A program made the position numbers and the translations under genes. A model generated the notes under the pieces. The model did no database searches. It saw nothing but the letters and a program-made list of their open reading frames with translations, and was not told the DNA's origin. From Eledone cirrhosa (Eukaryota), in the NCBI GenBank assembly GCA_964016885.1, contig OZ024742.1, forward strand, positions 277,760,001-277,824,000: a stretch of 64,000 nt of DNA. Direction: 5' to 3'. Below are positions 27,381 to 41,464 of the stretch, in pieces. Positions within the stretch are counted from its first letter, which is position 1; each line of letters opens with the position of its first letter.

Positions 27381-27746
27381 CGGTTATATATATATACAGC
27401 TTCTTCTTATTATTATTCTTCTTGAGAGGGTTGTGGGGAAGAGTCTAACGGGTTATGTCAGAAGCACCTGTATCGAATTGGTCCGGTTGTATCCCCAAGC
27501 GAGATGATCCATTTAGGCCGCTTGTATTTCCGATCGTATTCTTCGGTCATTACACAAGATTCACGACCATAAGTATGGGTTGGCATGAATACCGAATTGA
27601 AGTTAGCGGGTTTGGCCTTGACACCTATTTTCCCTCAGCTGATGACCGAATGCCGAAGCTAGCATATTACTGAAGCAGCTCCCGCAATTCTTGCACTTAA
27701 ATCTACCCCCCAACTTCCATCACACATGAAAACGACTCCGAGTTAT

Positions 27747-27847
27747 TTAAACTTCTCCACTTGCTTCAGTGGATCTCCACTCGCATATAGACTGCACTGC
27801 GCTCTACACGTGAGTGGAGTTCCACTGAAACAGGTGGAGAAGTTTAA
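27747..27847. repeat. 101-bp hairpin (45-bp imperfect inverted repeat)
   Basis: ttaaacttctccacttgcttcagtggatctccactcgcatataga / tctacacgtgagtggagttccactgaaacaggtggagaagtttaa. Confidence 0.85.
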
Positions 27848-28412
27848 GAGGATGAGTCTTCGCACCACTGATTTCCATTCCTCCCGACTAACATATCTTT
27901 CATTATTGAGCAAACAGCTGAGTATCTCACCTATAACTTAATCCTCATATAGATCCAGCGTGATGCGTTGTTTGACAAGGTAAAGTTTTCGACTATTGGT
28001 ACATTTTATCTTGTAGTATGCAGTAGTGCAGTATTCGCAGTATTCCTCTGATCCTGGCAGAATTAGTGTCAGAAACTGGATTCAACGATTTTCAGGTACA
28101 TTTCATCTTGCATTCCAATATAAGTAACTGGATATTCGTCAGACATTTGAACTCCCAGCCCAATCTTCATACAAATCAGCGGAATAAAGTTGGGCTCTTC
28201 GTTACATACGTACAATCCACCCAACAGGTATTTGTACAATTTTTGTCTATTTCATTTTATCCACAAAGCTTGATACGAGCCGAGTCTAGGTTGTCACACA
28301 GTGTAATCGAAACCCGACAAAGTATTTTGTGACTACGAATTGAACTATTTATCTACACGACCACGCATGCATTCACTCGTTACTCATATCTAGATGCAAA
28401 TAAATGAATGGA

Positions 28413-28443
<31 letters not shown>

Positions 28444-29522
28444 GAATATTAATAAATAATGTAAAAAAAATAGAAAAATAAATCATAAATAAATAACTAA
28501 AAAATATAGAATGAAAGAACAAAGCACATGAAAACAGCTAAAAAACAAAACAAAAACACAAGCCCCAAAAAAAGAAAAAGTGAGGATGAAGTAAAAGATA
28601 GGAAGAAGTGAAATACAGCGATAGAGGTAACTTCAGGATAAAGGGAAAAAGTAGAAAAAAACCCATCACGAGCAAGAAAAACAATGACAGCAACAACAGC
28701 AACACTGAGAAAAGAAAAAAAAAAGAATACTGAAAATATGAAGAATAGAGAAATTGAGAATATAATAGGAAAGCCAGTATAAGAAAGTCGATCAACTGAA
28801 AGATGTGTTAAATGAGATTTTCATAACGGTTTTCATTGAGAACAATATAGCTGCACACGTGTGCACTCTGAAACACATACATCCCCCCCCCCCACACACA
28901 AGCACATATATACACACTTATGCAAGCACGCATATACAGATATACAAACAGAATCATTCCCACACATACGCACAGACACATAACCACTGACACTCATACA
29001 AGCACGAACCACACACACGGACGCACACACACACACATATATATATATTTATATATATATAAATGTATATCTATATAATAATATACCTTTATCATACATT
29101 TCAGCTGCGAGCGCACTTCATAATATATATCATAATTAATTACCAACAAAAGCGCTAATTATATGCAATTTCAGAATAACACTAAGAGCGGATGGGAATC
29201 CATAGTCATCAAATACATGCTGCATTGTGGTTGATTGGATGATATAGACGTTTTCTGATGAGGGTCCAGTTAGATCCAAAAATCGATTAAAGATTTGTAT
29301 CATTTATCCAATTTACAGGGAAATTTGTATTTTCTGGCATGTTTATATGCCTACATATTAGATATGAGTACACATTTATACACGTTGGTGCAGTTTCGGT
29401 TAATCACTCTGTATTTATAAAGATATAACTTTATCATACCCTTCGGCTGCTGGCGCACTTCTTAGTGTATATATATACCGTATGTACATAAACGTGGATA
29501 CACTGATTTATATTAAATAAAT

Positions 29523-29712
29523 AGGTGGATTGGCAGTGTCGGTAGAGGGTCTGACGCCATGCTTTGCAGCAAAGAGTTACGGCCCTTTATGGTCTGAGTT
29601 TAAATCCCGCCGAGGTTCACTTTGCCTTTCATCTTTACGGGGTCGATAAAATAAAGTACCAGTAATACACTGGTAATTGTCGGCCTTGTGCCAAAAGTAG
29701 AAACAATTATTA
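29523..29712 (+). mobile_element. SINE family A
   Basis: Near-identical to 25058-25245. Confidence 0.9.
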
Positions 29713-29751
29713 ATGGCATATGTATATAGATATATGTACACACAGATACAG

Positions 29752-29851
<100 letters not shown>

Positions 29852-30294
29852 GCACACGCACACACGCACACACGCACATACGCACACACGCACACACGCA
29901 CACACACACTCTCTCTCTCTCTCACACACACACACGCACGCATGCATACACAGACACACACACACACATATATATTACTTAAAAAAATACATCGCAGCGA
30001 AGCATGTTTTCATTGGTACAATTTCTTGAAGTTATCCGATACAATTATGAAACTATGAGTACCGATTAAACCATATCGTTAGACTCCATGTATTTTAAGT
30101 AATATGAAATACCTATACATACCGAGGGTTCATTCTTTCTTAATTACAATTTACACTCTGATATCGAACTATATATATATATGATCGGGGTTGTATTTTG
30201 AATCATATACGAACTGTAAATAAACATTCTATTTGCCTCGCTATGATATTTAGAAAGCTGCGATCATGCCACTGCTATCCGTAGCAATAGAGCG

Positions 30295-30580
30295 AGAGAA
30301 CACTGGCGGTAACGCATTGAGCTTACAATCGTAAGGTTATGAGTTCAATTCCCGAACCGGGTGGTGTGTTGTGTCATTGGGGAAGACACTTTATTTCGCG
30401 TTGCTCCAGTTCATTCAGCTGCAGAAATGAGTTGCGACGCTCAAGCTGTTTTGCCTTTCCATTGGATAACACTGCTGGCGACTACTGGTCTTCTACAAAC
30501 AACCTTGCCCGGCTTGTGCCTCGGGGAGTAACTTTCTACGTTCAAATCCAATGGTTATTCTTGACGGAAGAGGGTCATTG
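30295..30580 (+). mobile_element. tRNA-derived SINE (family B)
   Basis: B-box gagttcaattcc; 3' part matches 2640-2692. Confidence 0.7.
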
Positions 30581-30600
30581 CAATACATTAGAATGAATTA

Positions 30601-32116
30601 TCTATATATATAAAACTGAGGATGTGTGTCTGTGTGTGTGTGAGTTTGAATCCTTAAAACTCGAAAACCACCAAACCGACTGTTTTCAAACTTTACACAT
30701 GTAATACTTATGTTTCAGGGAGTGTTCTGAGCAAAAACAATTTCAAATTTTCAATGCCCTACGGACCGCATTAGGCGATTTAGCGATCTCTCCCTATAAT
30801 TCTTAGTCTTTCTCTTTTTAGATAGATACATACAACGTCGCGCCCTTATAATATATGTCTAGCTGTCTAGCTGTCTGCATTACGTAACTTCCCACAATCC
30901 CTCTTAGTCCAGAACGCGCCCTTATAATATCTATCTGTATGTCTGGCTGTCTGCACCGCACTCGGCGCGTCAATGTATGGCTGTTAAACGGACCGCGAAC
31001 GCATCTGATTCATTCTTAAGACTACCAATGGAAGCAACAGTAACATCCTCCAAATGTCAGAGAACGCAGTCAAAGTCACTATTAAGAGCTACAAGTGAAC
31101 GCTCACATGGCCCTTTTTTGGGCCACCACTTGAAATTGTTGATGGTTACCCCTCCTTACTGGGGTGTCAGTGAACGGCTTACAAGGCCCTTGAAATAACT
31201 GATGGCGACCCTTTCGTTTAGGGCTGCCAGTGAACACGCACGCCTCGGGGCCCATTTTATTGCACCATTCCTCTTTAAATTTGTTAAATTATACCCACAG
31301 TTTGGTAAACGTTAGTCCAGTTGCGTTTACTTACTAAGGTGCGGTGGACTCGTTCGAGAAGGCTCCACATGCTGCCCGATTGCACGTCATGCCTTGCTCA
31401 AGCATTGCAGACTTCCCTCTGACATAAGTGGTGACATCTGTCCTGCTGACTCATGCCACTTTATTAAAGTATAAAAGCACCAAGCCGATTTTCTCCACGT
31501 GGAAAGAGAAGCATACCTAATACTAATTGCATCAGAGCATTCGGTTTATTTTCTTTACATATTGTGCAGGGATGCAGTTTTTCCACGATTAGGTCTATTG
31601 GCGGCCCGCGTTATATTTCAGAGAGTGTTATGCACATAAAAAATTCAACTTTTTGATCCCCTGCGTTTTTCAGCTTTTAGGGGTATTTTGAGGCGTTACG
31701 TCAGACCGATTTCCATTAAATTGTAACTATGTATTAGTCAGTCTATTCTTCATACCGTGAACAAAGAAATTCCAACTTTTTTATGGCCTAGGGCTCGCAT
31801 TAGGTGAAAAACTTCATTTATTCAGCCTTTTAGGGCTTATTTTAGACGTTACGTCTAGCCGATTTTCCCGAAATTTCAAGGCATATTATGCACATAAAAA
31901 GAATTCATTTTCTTGATCCTTTAGGGCCCGCATTACGTGAAAACCTGCATTTTTCTTGCTTCATCGAGGAAAATCTTAAAGATTATCTAGCCATCAGAGT
32001 ATTCGGTTTATTTTCTTTACATATTCTCCAGGCATGCAGTTTTTCCACGATTAGGTCTGTTGGCGGCCCGCGTTCCAAAATACCTTATCCCGTGCAACTC
32101 CGGGTACCACTGCTAG
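30601..32116 (+). mobile_element. Non-autonomous Helitron
   Basis: Inserted between A and T; 5' TCTATATATATAAAA; 3' hairpin cccg-tgcaactc-cggg (32089-32104), then CTAG (32113-32116); no TSD; internal direct repeats. Confidence 0.85.
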
Positions 32117-33229
32117 TATAAAATAAAATTAGATGAAAAAAAATTAGTTGGCATATAATTTTATATACAATTCTACATATATCTATATATGTAAGCATAT
32201 GTTCATGTGTGTGTTCGTTCGAATGTGTATGAAGCTGGTGATTCATTCCCTAGATACTTGGAGTTTCATGTCGAGCCTAGGCTCAAAATATAAAAATTGT
32301 CATTTACCAGTTTGTGTGGATCTGGTGGCGAGGTTCAACTCTTCTTTTCGTATTGTTAGAAGTCACAGGGAGATTATTTATATGGTTTATGTTTCTATTT
32401 CTTAGGCAGTTTAGAGGAGATAACTCTCGTGGCAGAATGCTCACAACAAGTAAAAAAACCCCTAAAACTGAAAAGTAATTGCAAATACTTGAATAGATTA
32501 AAAAAGATTTGAAGCATTAAATTATACTGGTGACGACTTGCTGAAATTCACTCAGAATTTCTGTTCAACATATTGAACGCTTGCATTGCGATATTATATT
32601 TTTTAAACAGAAATATAAATTATTTTGAGTAGAACTGGAGGAGAATTATGAGTATGTGATATTTTACTTAGGAGGTAAAATAACATGTTTCTCAGTAATA
32701 TGGTTTAATTTTGATTTGCCTATATATATACGGCTCCTAAATAGTTGAGCATATCTCAGTTGAAAGGACTTGACTGCTATTTCTAGCTATCGATAATCAT
32801 ATTGACACCACTGGGATGATGGTGGCGCGATGTATATATTAAATAAAAAATACCACACGTGCTTTTCGTCATTCACAGAATTGCTTTTAATGTGTGTTAT
32901 GTTAACGTTTAATATATCTTTATTTAATGAAAAATATACAAAGGAGATTAATCATTATTGTAAGGTATCAAAATATCTATATTTGAAGTTCTCGTAAAAT
33001 TTTAATTTGTTACCTCCGTAACTATGTATGCTTACACTTTTTACAAAATATCCCCTGTGATTGTTTGATATGTTTATTTTATATATATATGTCAATCAAT
33101 TATTAATTGAATGCTAATAAATGCTCGGATCTATCCCTTAGAATATTTGAGCTTATTCTACAGAGGGTATGGCGCATGTTTCTCAGACATGACATTCTTA
33201 ATTTTATTTTGGTTTTATATATGTACACA

Positions 33230-33383
<154 letters not shown>

Positions 33384-33399
33384 TATATACATATCTATA

Positions 33400-34025
33400 T
33401 CAAGGAAACACGAAACGAACGAACAAAAGGACGCTTAGAGGAAGAAGAATGAGTTATATAGTCTACGTAACGGGTATTTCCCCTTCATCAGGCATAACAC
33501 AAAAGGAAAATAGCAAAGAAAATAACCTTAAAGAATGAAAAACGCAAAAAATAAAAATAAAATAAATGGTAGTTGAAATAACGTTAGGAAGAAATTACAA
33601 AAATAAAAATATGCAGGAGAAGAGAGGCCGATGTGCTGTGAGTGTTTGTGTGTAGGTGGGGTGCACATTACGGTGCGTTTGCGTGTGTGTGAGTGTTACG
33701 TGTGTTGTTGTTGGTGGTGTGTATTTTTGTGCTAGAAGTGTTCAGGTGCACCTAAGGGGGTGTGCCATGATATCCATGTGCTGGTGTATGTGAATGGGTG
33801 TGCTGGTGGAGGATTTCGTGTGTAGCTGGGGTGATTCGTAGGTTAGTGAGTGGCAGGGTGATGGGTGTGGTGAAGGCGTTAGCTAAGGGAAAAAAAGGTT
33901 GTGCGTTTAATCCAGGTGAAATAAAGGACTGGAACGAAAAGACAAGGTGCTGTTCCCTTCTGAGGCGTGATTCCGGGGGTCCAGTGCACGCGACGAGACC
34001 GAAAATTGTGAGGTTCTCAGTGGAA
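33400..34025 (-). mobile_element. 3' end of a different PLE (GIY-YIG C-terminus + pLTR with mutated hammerhead)
   Basis: TENLTIFGLVACTGPPESRLRREQHLVFSFQSFISPGLNAQP; CTGATGA-aggggaaataccc-GTTA-cgtag at 33453-33498. Confidence 0.7.
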
Positions 34026-34455
34026 TATATTTATATATATATTATAGACTTGCGCTGCATTTAAATATTTGAATATATTATTCAAAGTGTAACTATTAAA
34101 TCTGGCTTTATCAGATTGTATACCATGTTATTTGATAATTGGAACGTGAAACTCTAAGTAATATGAATTTGAAATTTCTCCTTCAAATTTTATAACAAAA
34201 TTCTCCTTGAAATTTTATAACAAATGTATATATCTTGCTTCATATGTTCAATAATATTTTTTCTCTTGTTTGTGATGTCGAATATACACAAAAACGCATA
34301 CACGTGTAAGTACGTATAATACATACACATACGTATATACACAGACACACAAACACACACAAATATGCTCACACAGATGTACATGGAGAGACAGCGGGTG
34401 AGAGAAAAAGACACATGCTTAAACACACTTAGCACAAGCATACACACTCAGATAC

Positions 34456-34519
<64 letters not shown>

Positions 34520-35634
34520 ATACATACAAAACATACACATATATAGAGAGATTTATATATTTTACATACATCCATATATATATTTTATGCATTTTTATTG
34601 AACACTGACTACATACCCTGTAACCACGATAGTCACCACAATCAATATTCAATTGAATCTAACGACAATACACAATAGCTAGTAAGTGTGTGAATTGATT
34701 GCAGAACTTGCGAATCCGTATGTAGCCTTAGAAAACATTTTTCTCCTCTCATTTTCTTTATTACTGCATATCGTTAACGATTACTGAATACATAATTGTA
34801 TAATAGCAAGAGTCACTTGTTCTGTATCACACCGGAAAACTACATTTGCTAATATGTCTGGAGGATCTCTTTCTCTCTCTCTCTTTCGCTATATATATAT
34901 ATATATATATACATGCATGAATGTATGTATATATACAGTTTTTCACCTACCTCACCGTTTTTACGGGTGAAATTCCTGCTAACTATCATTTCATTAATTT
35001 CAGTCAGAAAGTAATGTGACACGACATACTACTTCCACTCTAATAACTTCCACCCAGCCACCCGCTTGCTTCCATATGTGTTTTTTTGTATTTTTTTTTC
35101 TACTTTGCATCCATCTGTTATCGCTTACTTTTCTTTTTAAACGTTTCCTTATCTTGCTTGTTGTTTGGTTTATTAATTTTTTTTGCATCAATTTTCTTCA
35201 TACTACTTATAAACAATAAATAAAAAAAAATAAAACGAAACAAACAAACTAGAAAACCAAATAAGATAATCAAATTTACAACAGCAAAAAGTTACGATCA
35301 ATGGCGGCGGCAGAAATGAGTTCCAACAACAAAATGTGATGACATAGTTTCTCTGAAGTTATATTACTGAATTGTTCAAGTTGAGAGAAAATAGCAGAAA
35401 ATTTCCAGCAGAAGGAAATGATTTTGTTAAAATCCATTGAAACATGAAATAGTGAAAACCCACAAAATCCCCCAACAAATCCTTCCTCCACACCACCTTA
35501 ACACTTCTCCCCCCGAACCTGCTTGTTGATAAATGTAAAGTAGTAATGAAGGAATATAAGATGTGAGATCAAAATAATTAATTTTTTTTTTTTTAAATCT
35601 ATATATTCCATAATGTGATGAATGAACGAAGACA

Positions 35635-35685
35635 GTGATGATGATGAATGGTATTTGCGATAATGATGATGATGATGATGGTAAC

Positions 35686-35720
<35 letters not shown>

Positions 35721-35870
35721 CGACGACGACGACGACGATGATGATGATGATGACGATTATGATGATGACGATTATGATGACGATGATGATGATGATGAGG
35801 AGGATGTGGAGGACAACAACGGTGGCGACGAGGAAGCTGATGGTAATGACGACGATGACGGACGATAACA

Positions 35871-35903
<33 letters not shown>

Positions 35904-36000
35904 ACGACGCCAACGGCAATGATTATGATAATGGATAAAGATGATATTGATGATGACAATGATAAAGATGATGACAACGGCGACGACAATGATGATAAAG
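35635..36000. repeat. (GAT/GAC)n tract
   Basis: Direct reading. Confidence 0.95.
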
Positions 36001-37184
36001 GGTTTTACTAATATAGATAAAAGGCCACACAATTTTGTTGTTTAATCCTAGATAAGCCCTGATCAAACAAACCTCTGACCCTTTACTTCCATTCATGGCT
36101 TTCCTTTTCAGACGAATTGTAGTATTATGTAGTGAGTACTTTTGGTTAAATATAGTTGGGTGATTGTGAGGGAGATTTAGAAACGATGTTTCCGACAAGA
36201 AGAACTGTGTATAGTGGTTAGTGTACACCTTGTGAGGAGTATGGTCACAACATGGGTGATGAGAGGAAAAGAGACGAGTGAGTTCTGAGTACCTGAGTGG
36301 AGGTGACATGATAGTAGCCAACTCCGCGAAGAAAAGAAATTGGTTGTTGTCAAACTTGGAGAGGTATGGGCACCGCTATGTCTTAAATATCCAAGATACG
36401 TGATTTGCTGCAACAACACACTTACGTCTCCATTAGGAATTAAGGGATTAGAAGTTAGTGGTCAGTGATCAGGGACTAGTTTAAATAGCACTTTGTGGCC
36501 TCTTCATATAATTTTCGTCAACACTCGGTACGTCGATACGATGACCAGAGGATAGGAACATAATACATCGGTCATTTTTAGTTTCGTGGTTACCGTGGCT
36601 GTCGCTGTCGACGTTGTTGATTGAATACATAAAGCTGTGCATCGCTGGAAACATGTTGAAATTTATTGATATTTGACTTTGATCCACTCAAGCTAAATAA
36701 ATAAAAAAGAATTAATCACATGCAATCTAGAGTTAATGTAATACAATGAAAAGCAACACAGCGCAATGCAGTGTAATGCTATGTAATGCAATACAATGCA
36801 ATGACGTAGTTCAAACTTTTACTATTGTCGAAGACTGCTTTCGCTCTCTCACCAAAACTGTCACCAAAAATAATCAGGAACATCTTGAAAGACGTCACCG
36901 CTTTTGATATTTTCATGTAAATGTCAGTCGCCACACCACTACTACCTCACTAACCACACAGCAGCAGTAACAACAGCAATAAACAACAACAACAACAACC
37001 GCAACAACAGCCATAATATCAGTAACAACAACACACCAGTAAAGCAAACAATCAGACAGAAATAAAATCTAACAGAAAAGAAAGAAGAGATCCAATTTCA
37101 ATATATATCATGTATAGACACACAACAAAATAGAAAGCTGCAGTAGTATTAGTAATAGTAGTAGTGTAAATCAAATTGATTGCA

Positions 37185-38290
37185 GTTTCCGTCATGAATT
37201 TCAACCACAAGGCCTTGATCGAGCTGAGGCAGTCGTAGAAGACATTTCTCCAAAATGCCGCGCAGTAAGGATCGATCACGAACCATGTGTTCACTAAACG
37301 AACTTCTTAACCATACAGCCATACCTACAACCCATAAATAGTATGATTGTCCACTGCTTAGTCTCTCAGCTATTATCTACAACCCTTCCCGGACATGATG
37401 ATAGAAAATAATTATGTTTATTTAGTAAATACATATGAACTGAGGACACAGCATAGCCGAATGGTTAAGAAGTTCGCTTCGCAATTTTCAGGTCCCGGCT
37501 CGATCTTACTGTGTGGAATCTTATGTAGGCGTTATCTATTACAGCTCTGGTGTACCCCATGTATTGTGAGTGAAATTGTATAGAGGAAAACTGTTTGAAA
37601 GCCTCTCGAATAGACTGTAACTTTAATTCAGGCTTGAATATTCTGTATTACATATGTTTTATATCTTGGAGTGCATTGCTAAGCGGGTAGTTCCTTTCTT
37701 ACAGACGGTGTTTTGTAATTTGAGGATTTTCTTTTTTGCAGATCGCCCTAATCGGCTTATTGGCTTGACTACAGAGGAATGATGGTGGAGAGATACAGAT
37801 TACCTGTCGTTCTTTCGGTCATAGATGAATGCTTCATCCACACAGCCATGGGCGCAGTATAGCCGAATGGCTAAGTTTGCTTCGCAATCACTAGGTTATA
37901 GGTTCAATTGTATTGCGTGGTATCTTGAGAAAGTGCCTTTTATCACATCCTTGGCTCGACCTAAACCATGTGATTGAAATTTGGTCTACGGAAACTGTTT
38001 GGAAGACCATCGAATGAACAATACCTATAATTCAAGGGGCCAACCATGTCACACACTGTGCTATGTTGAATGTCACTGAAAATTACATGGAGAATTCACA
38101 TATCTGTGGAATACTTAACTACTTACATTATTTGACAAGATTGACTGTATCTGTAATTCAAATGGTCAGCTCCCTCATATACAGTGTCATGCTGAATAAC
38201 CCTGAGAATTACTCTAAGGGCACACGTGCCTGTGGAATATTCAGTTACATGTGCGTTAATTTCACGAGCAGGCTGTTCCGTTGATCGAAC
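37185..38290. mobile_element. Cluster of three SINE family C copies (37185-37325 -, 37450-37610 +, 37850-38290 +)
   Basis: Shared tagccgaatgg.taag..gcttcgcaat head; 38185-38285 matches the reverse complement of 17045-17150. Confidence 0.65.
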
Positions 38291-38816
38291 AACTATAACA
38301 TTCGAAACCAACTGAGACTCATTCCATCCCATGCTTCATTCCATCCACGAACTTTGTTTACACGCGTTAATTCTATCTTATAGACATATATTGGTTGTAT
38401 ATTGAATAACTTTCTGTACAGCATGTATTAATATCTGTCTGATCGGCATTACATCCACAGCCTGATGCTGGTTGCTGTAAGCATTGAGTTTGCGGCTTTA
38501 GATAAAGTCTGAGGGCTTCTAAACTAAGCTGCTCTTTCTCTCTCTCTCATCAGTGAATATTTGAATAATGTAATCATAATTAGCGTTAGATTGATGTAAT
38601 CAAACGAGCCACAAGAGAAAATCCCTAAAACAGTTGACTGACCTGAATGCATTATCACGCTCTGATGGCCTGTAAGAGAATATCTCCAAAGACAATTACA
38701 TTATATATTATTGTGGCCGAAAATATTTGCATAACTTCATTTTAATTATAATGTTCTAATACTGAAGTATTATTAGATCGTATGTATGTATGTATGTATG
38801 TATGTATGTATGTATG

Positions 38817-38847
<31 letters not shown>

Positions 38848-38876
38848 GCATGTGTGTTTGAATGTATATATGTATG

Positions 38877-39013
<137 letters not shown>

Positions 39014-39337
39014 ATATATACAAACAGAAGGCTGTCCAGGAATAATATCTGATCCTTGTATTATTCGAAACGACGTAAGACATTTGAGCAAATTTTCATC
39101 GCTTCATTTCATATCGCTGCATACACCTCACCAACCCCAGCCTTCATTACACTGGTACACTGCATTATGAATAATACACCCCACCACAATATACACACAG
39201 ACAGAACGCACACAGACACACGCTCAACCCCCCTACATATATGCATATAAATATCTTTACATATATGTATATACATATGTTTATATGTATGCTTGTATAT
39301 ATAGATGCATATGTATATCTATACGTTTGTATATATA

Positions 39338-39372
<35 letters not shown>

Positions 39373-39427
39373 ATATAAATATATATATAAATAAATAAAT
39401 ATATATACATACATCTATATATATATA

Positions 39428-41117
39428 GATGTAACGTTTGGCGCCCCTGATGTCTTGGCGGCAATAAAGGAAATCAAGCATAATTCAGCAGTAGGTCCCG
39501 ATAGGTTCCCTGCTTGTGTCTTGAAGGCGTGTCAACACCAACTTGCATCTCCTCTTGCCAATCTGTGGCGGAACTCACTGGATGCTGGATATGTGCCAGA
39601 AAACCTTCTATCCCAGTCTGTTGTCCCAGTTTTCAAAAAAGGAAACAAATCCCTTGCCGTGAATTACCGTCCAATCTCACTCACCTCTCATATCATTAAG
39701 GTATTTGAGAGAGTGGTGAGATCGCGAATGACCCACTTCCTTGAGAGTAACAATATGCTGAACTCCAACCAGCATGGATTCCGTAATGGAAGGGATTGCC
39801 TGACGCAGCTACTGCATCACTTTGATGACATTTTGAGAGCCTTGGGAGAGGGTTCCAACACTGATGTTATCTACCTTGATTTCAGCAAGGCCTTTGACAG
39901 GGTTGATCACAACATTCTACTGAGAAAGCTGTCCAATATTGGTGTCACTGGAAAGCTGCTGCAGTGGATCAAGAGCTTCCTGTCAAACAGAACCCAACAT
40001 GTTGTAGTCGAAGGAGTTAAATCCAGCCCAGCCAAAGTAAGTAGTGGGGTCCCACAAGGCACTGTGTTGGGCCCACTTCTCTTCATCATCTATATTAATG
40101 ACATCACTGACATCATCAAACACAGCAACATTAGAATTTTCGCTGATGATTCCAAGCTCCAAAAGGTCATCGATGGCGTGGATGACCGGATAAGCCTTCA
40201 GTCAGACCTACTGGCTGTTACCCAATGGGCGGAAAAGAACAACATGTTACTGAACGAAGACAAATTCGAACTGATCCTCTTTTGAAAAGAGGATGCTCTG
40301 AAACTCCCGTACTCCCTTCCCTCCGGTGAAACTCTCGTGGCATCTAACAACATCAGAGACTTGGGAGTAACCGTGGACAGCAACATAAGCTGGGCCACGC
40401 ATATAAGCAGCAAAGTTGACATGGCCCGCAGAATGTGTTCCTGGATCCTCAGAACCTTCCAGTCGAGAGATTCCCACACCATTATCCTTCTCTTCTCTAC
40501 TTTTGCCCGACCACACCTTGAATACTGTTGTCCACTGTGGTCTCCCTACACGAAACAAAGTATCATGAAACTTGAAGCTCCCCAAAGGGCAATCACGAAA
40601 AAGATAGATGGCATGTCAAACCTTGACTACTGGGGTCGACTAGAAAAGCTGAAACTTTACTCACTCCAACGTCACCGTGAGCGTTATATTATCTGCATGA
40701 TGTGGAAAATGTTTCATCATCACTGCCCAAATGATGTTGGCATCACCTTCAAATTACACCCAAGGCTTGGGCCCCGTGCTATCCGTCCCAAACAAAAATC
40801 TAAATCGCAACTCATAACAACAATACGGCACAATTATTTCACCTCAATCGGCCCTGCTCTCTTCAACATCACACCAGGACACGTCAAAACAGAAACTGAC
40901 CACACAAAATTCAAGAAGTCTTTGGACAAATTCCTCCAAGTAATCCCGGACACACCACCCACACCCGGATATGTCTCCGCAAACAGTAATTCTCTTCTCG
41001 AATGGGCCATGGTGCCCAAATCCTGAATTGAAAGACTTCGCCAGGTGGTGCTATTAAGTTAGACATGGCCTGGGCCAATACTGGCCAAAACATTTCAAAG
41101 TTATTCAAAGTCAAAGT

Positions 41118-41118
<1 letters not shown>
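39428..41118 (+). mobile_element. 5'-truncated CR1-type LINE (ORF2 RT and C-terminus), one in-frame stop at 40283-40285
   Basis: NYRPISLTS, QHGFR, YLDFSKAFD, SGVPQGTVLGPLLF, FADD, RDLGV, RPHLEYCCPLWSP, LYSLQRHRER; 3' (caaagt)-like terminal repeats. Confidence 0.93.
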
Positions 41119-41172
<54 letters not shown>

Positions 41173-41176
41173 ATAT

Positions 41177-41295
41177 AAGTTTATCCCGGGTTAAGTAAGG
41201 TACTCAATACATAGCAGAGTATAAATATTTAATATAGAAATAGCTTCTACAGGACTAGAAATGTTTCATTCGGGAGAAATCACCAGGAAGTCATT
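41177..41295 (-). mobile_element. Family 2 pLTR fragment with hammerhead (core mutated to CTGGTGA)
   Basis: Matches 14958-15088; minus strand gacttc-CTGGTGA-tttctcccgaat-GAAA-..ctg-TA-gaagct. Confidence 0.8.
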
Positions 41296-41297
41296 GC

Positions 41298-41372
<75 letters not shown>

Positions 41373-41377
41373 TATAC

Positions 41378-41464
<87 letters not shown>

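Noticed and set aside
27635-27675. CTGATGA..GAAG hammerhead-like string
   Set aside because: No convincing stem II or stem I; GAAA absent.
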